Position numbers and translations under genes: made by a program. A DNA stretch of 36,056 bases from Catajapyx aquilonaris. Taxonomy: Eukaryota. This document shows positions 34,651 to 36,056 of the stretch, piece by piece. The DNA is taken from positions 1 to 36,056 of the forward strand of contig KZ539026.1 of the NCBI GenBank assembly GCA_000934665.2, in the 5' to 3' direction. The notes under the pieces were generated by a model, which was not told the DNA's origin, did not search any database, and saw nothing but the letters and a program-made list of their open reading frames with translations. The first letter of the stretch is position 1, and the number at the start of each line of letters is the position of its first letter.

Positions 34651-36056
34651 AAAATTATTTTACAAACTTTATTAAATGAAAACATGCAAAAAAAATCTTG
34701 AGCATGAGCTTCTGAAGACGTTTACGCCCAAATGTGCTGCCCATATTTTCCACGCAAATCTCATTACCCAAATGAGACTTGCTAAAAAAAAAAAAAAAAA
34801 AAAAAGGCGACATGGCCTCACGAAATACGACTTCCTCCTTTTTTTCCAGAATTTACGCCGTCTCACTTCCCCTATCCTTTTGTGCACATTTCCATCCATT
34901 TTGTAGATAACCAGCATGCTTACACACCGGTTTGGATAACGTTGATCCTGTTTCGGGATACTTTGTTGCACCAACTGAATGGGTATAGTACAGTATAGAA
35001 AAGACCTACAAAAAAAATGGGTGGGGCAAGGTGGCGGAAAATTACTGGGGTCCCCCATACTTCAAAGGAACAAACTTGTTTACTTTACCACGATCAATCT
35101 GCTCCCCAGGAGCAAAACCCGCGATTTTGCTACAGGCCTTGTATAACCTTTTCCTTTGAAAACCGTCGGTTGGAAAAGAGGAACTTTTTGAGGGCGGGTT
35201 CCGCCTCTCCATTTCTCATTTGAGCTTGCCACTAATGATTTTACACCGCCCAATTACAGCCACATGCCAGGCCTTTTTACCTTTCCACCAAAAAAAAGTT
35301 TCAGTGCTTCAGGCAGGTAATGCTGTGTAATAATAACGGAACACTAAATCAAATACTTTTAACTCTACAATTTTATACAGTTCCCCGCTAATTCCATTTG
35401 GGATATACCTTGTCCACTCCTTTTGTCCCGGATAAGACCATTACACAGCCGCGCGTTATTAGATCACGTTAATTATAAGCGTCTCAACGATTGCATGATC
35501 AACCAGTTAGCCGGCTGATAATTGTAACCGTATTAGGCGATTAATGATCGGGTGGGAGGGCTTAGAGAGCCCCCCCGGATTAAAACAGGGAGCTACACAC
35601 GCGTGATTATGGCAGCCACTAGCTTGTAACACAATAGTTCAATCAAGTAACATGATTTGGGGCGTCAATTTGGATGTGCATGCTCCGGTCATCTGATATT
35701 GGATAAAAAAAATTGTATGTTGGCATACAAGCTAATCAGCAACTGTTTCCAAAACTTGACAGAGTCAATATGGCCGCTTGTTATTTTTGCGCTCCGGAAG
35801 TTGCTGCTTATTTATGTAATGCACCGGAAGCTGTTTCCTAAACTGTATAAATATTCGGGAAAAGAAGTTCCACTGTCTGCCCAATTATGCAGCCATTTTC
35901 CAGCCAAAATCTGCGGACAGGTCAAGGTCTGACCATTTCCCCTCAGAATAATAATGCCACTCCGACCCCGCCCGCAAATGATGTTAACCATTTTTGTGCC
36001 CTGCCAGATAAGCCTTGGGGGCCATAAAATACTCTTTGAGAAGAAAACTTTCTTCT

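Larger units (their letters stand above)
29132..36056 (-). other. 3' part of the intron upstream of the microexon (>=6.9 kb)
   Basis: Ends in a pyrimidine tract plus CAG at 29134-29132. The expected preceding short exon ending ...G.GY(F/I/S) in phase 0 was not found in the window. Confidence 0.55.

Overview
Eukaryotic, most likely invertebrate bilaterian, genomic DNA. It is almost entirely non-coding, CpG is not depleted, poly-A/poly-G runs are frequent, and there is a 170-N gap at 26704-26873. None of the ORF-track proteins looks real. The key signal is a 27-nt minus-strand microexon (29131-29105) with textbook splice sites, encoding CDSESEDDK. This resembles the short acidic exon of the AUTS2/FBRSL1/tay family, so the window appears to be giant intron of an AUTS2-like gene. 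About 14 kb downstream on the same strand is a polypyrimidine-TAG|GTAAGC junction (15068/15067), followed 27 nt later by a GTGAGT donor. This is the architecture of a recursive splice site with an in-frame RS-microexon (VSHFHISSL). The rest is a mosaic of motif-dense, enhancer/insulator-like segments (Myb/E2F cluster, CTCF-like sites, RFX X-boxes, YY1/CRE, DRE, homeodomain clusters) and AT-rich islands, three of which belong to one family of palindromic minisatellites. No prokaryotic features, CRISPR, tRNA/rRNA or intact transposon ORFs are supported. All family assignments are from recall, not database searches.
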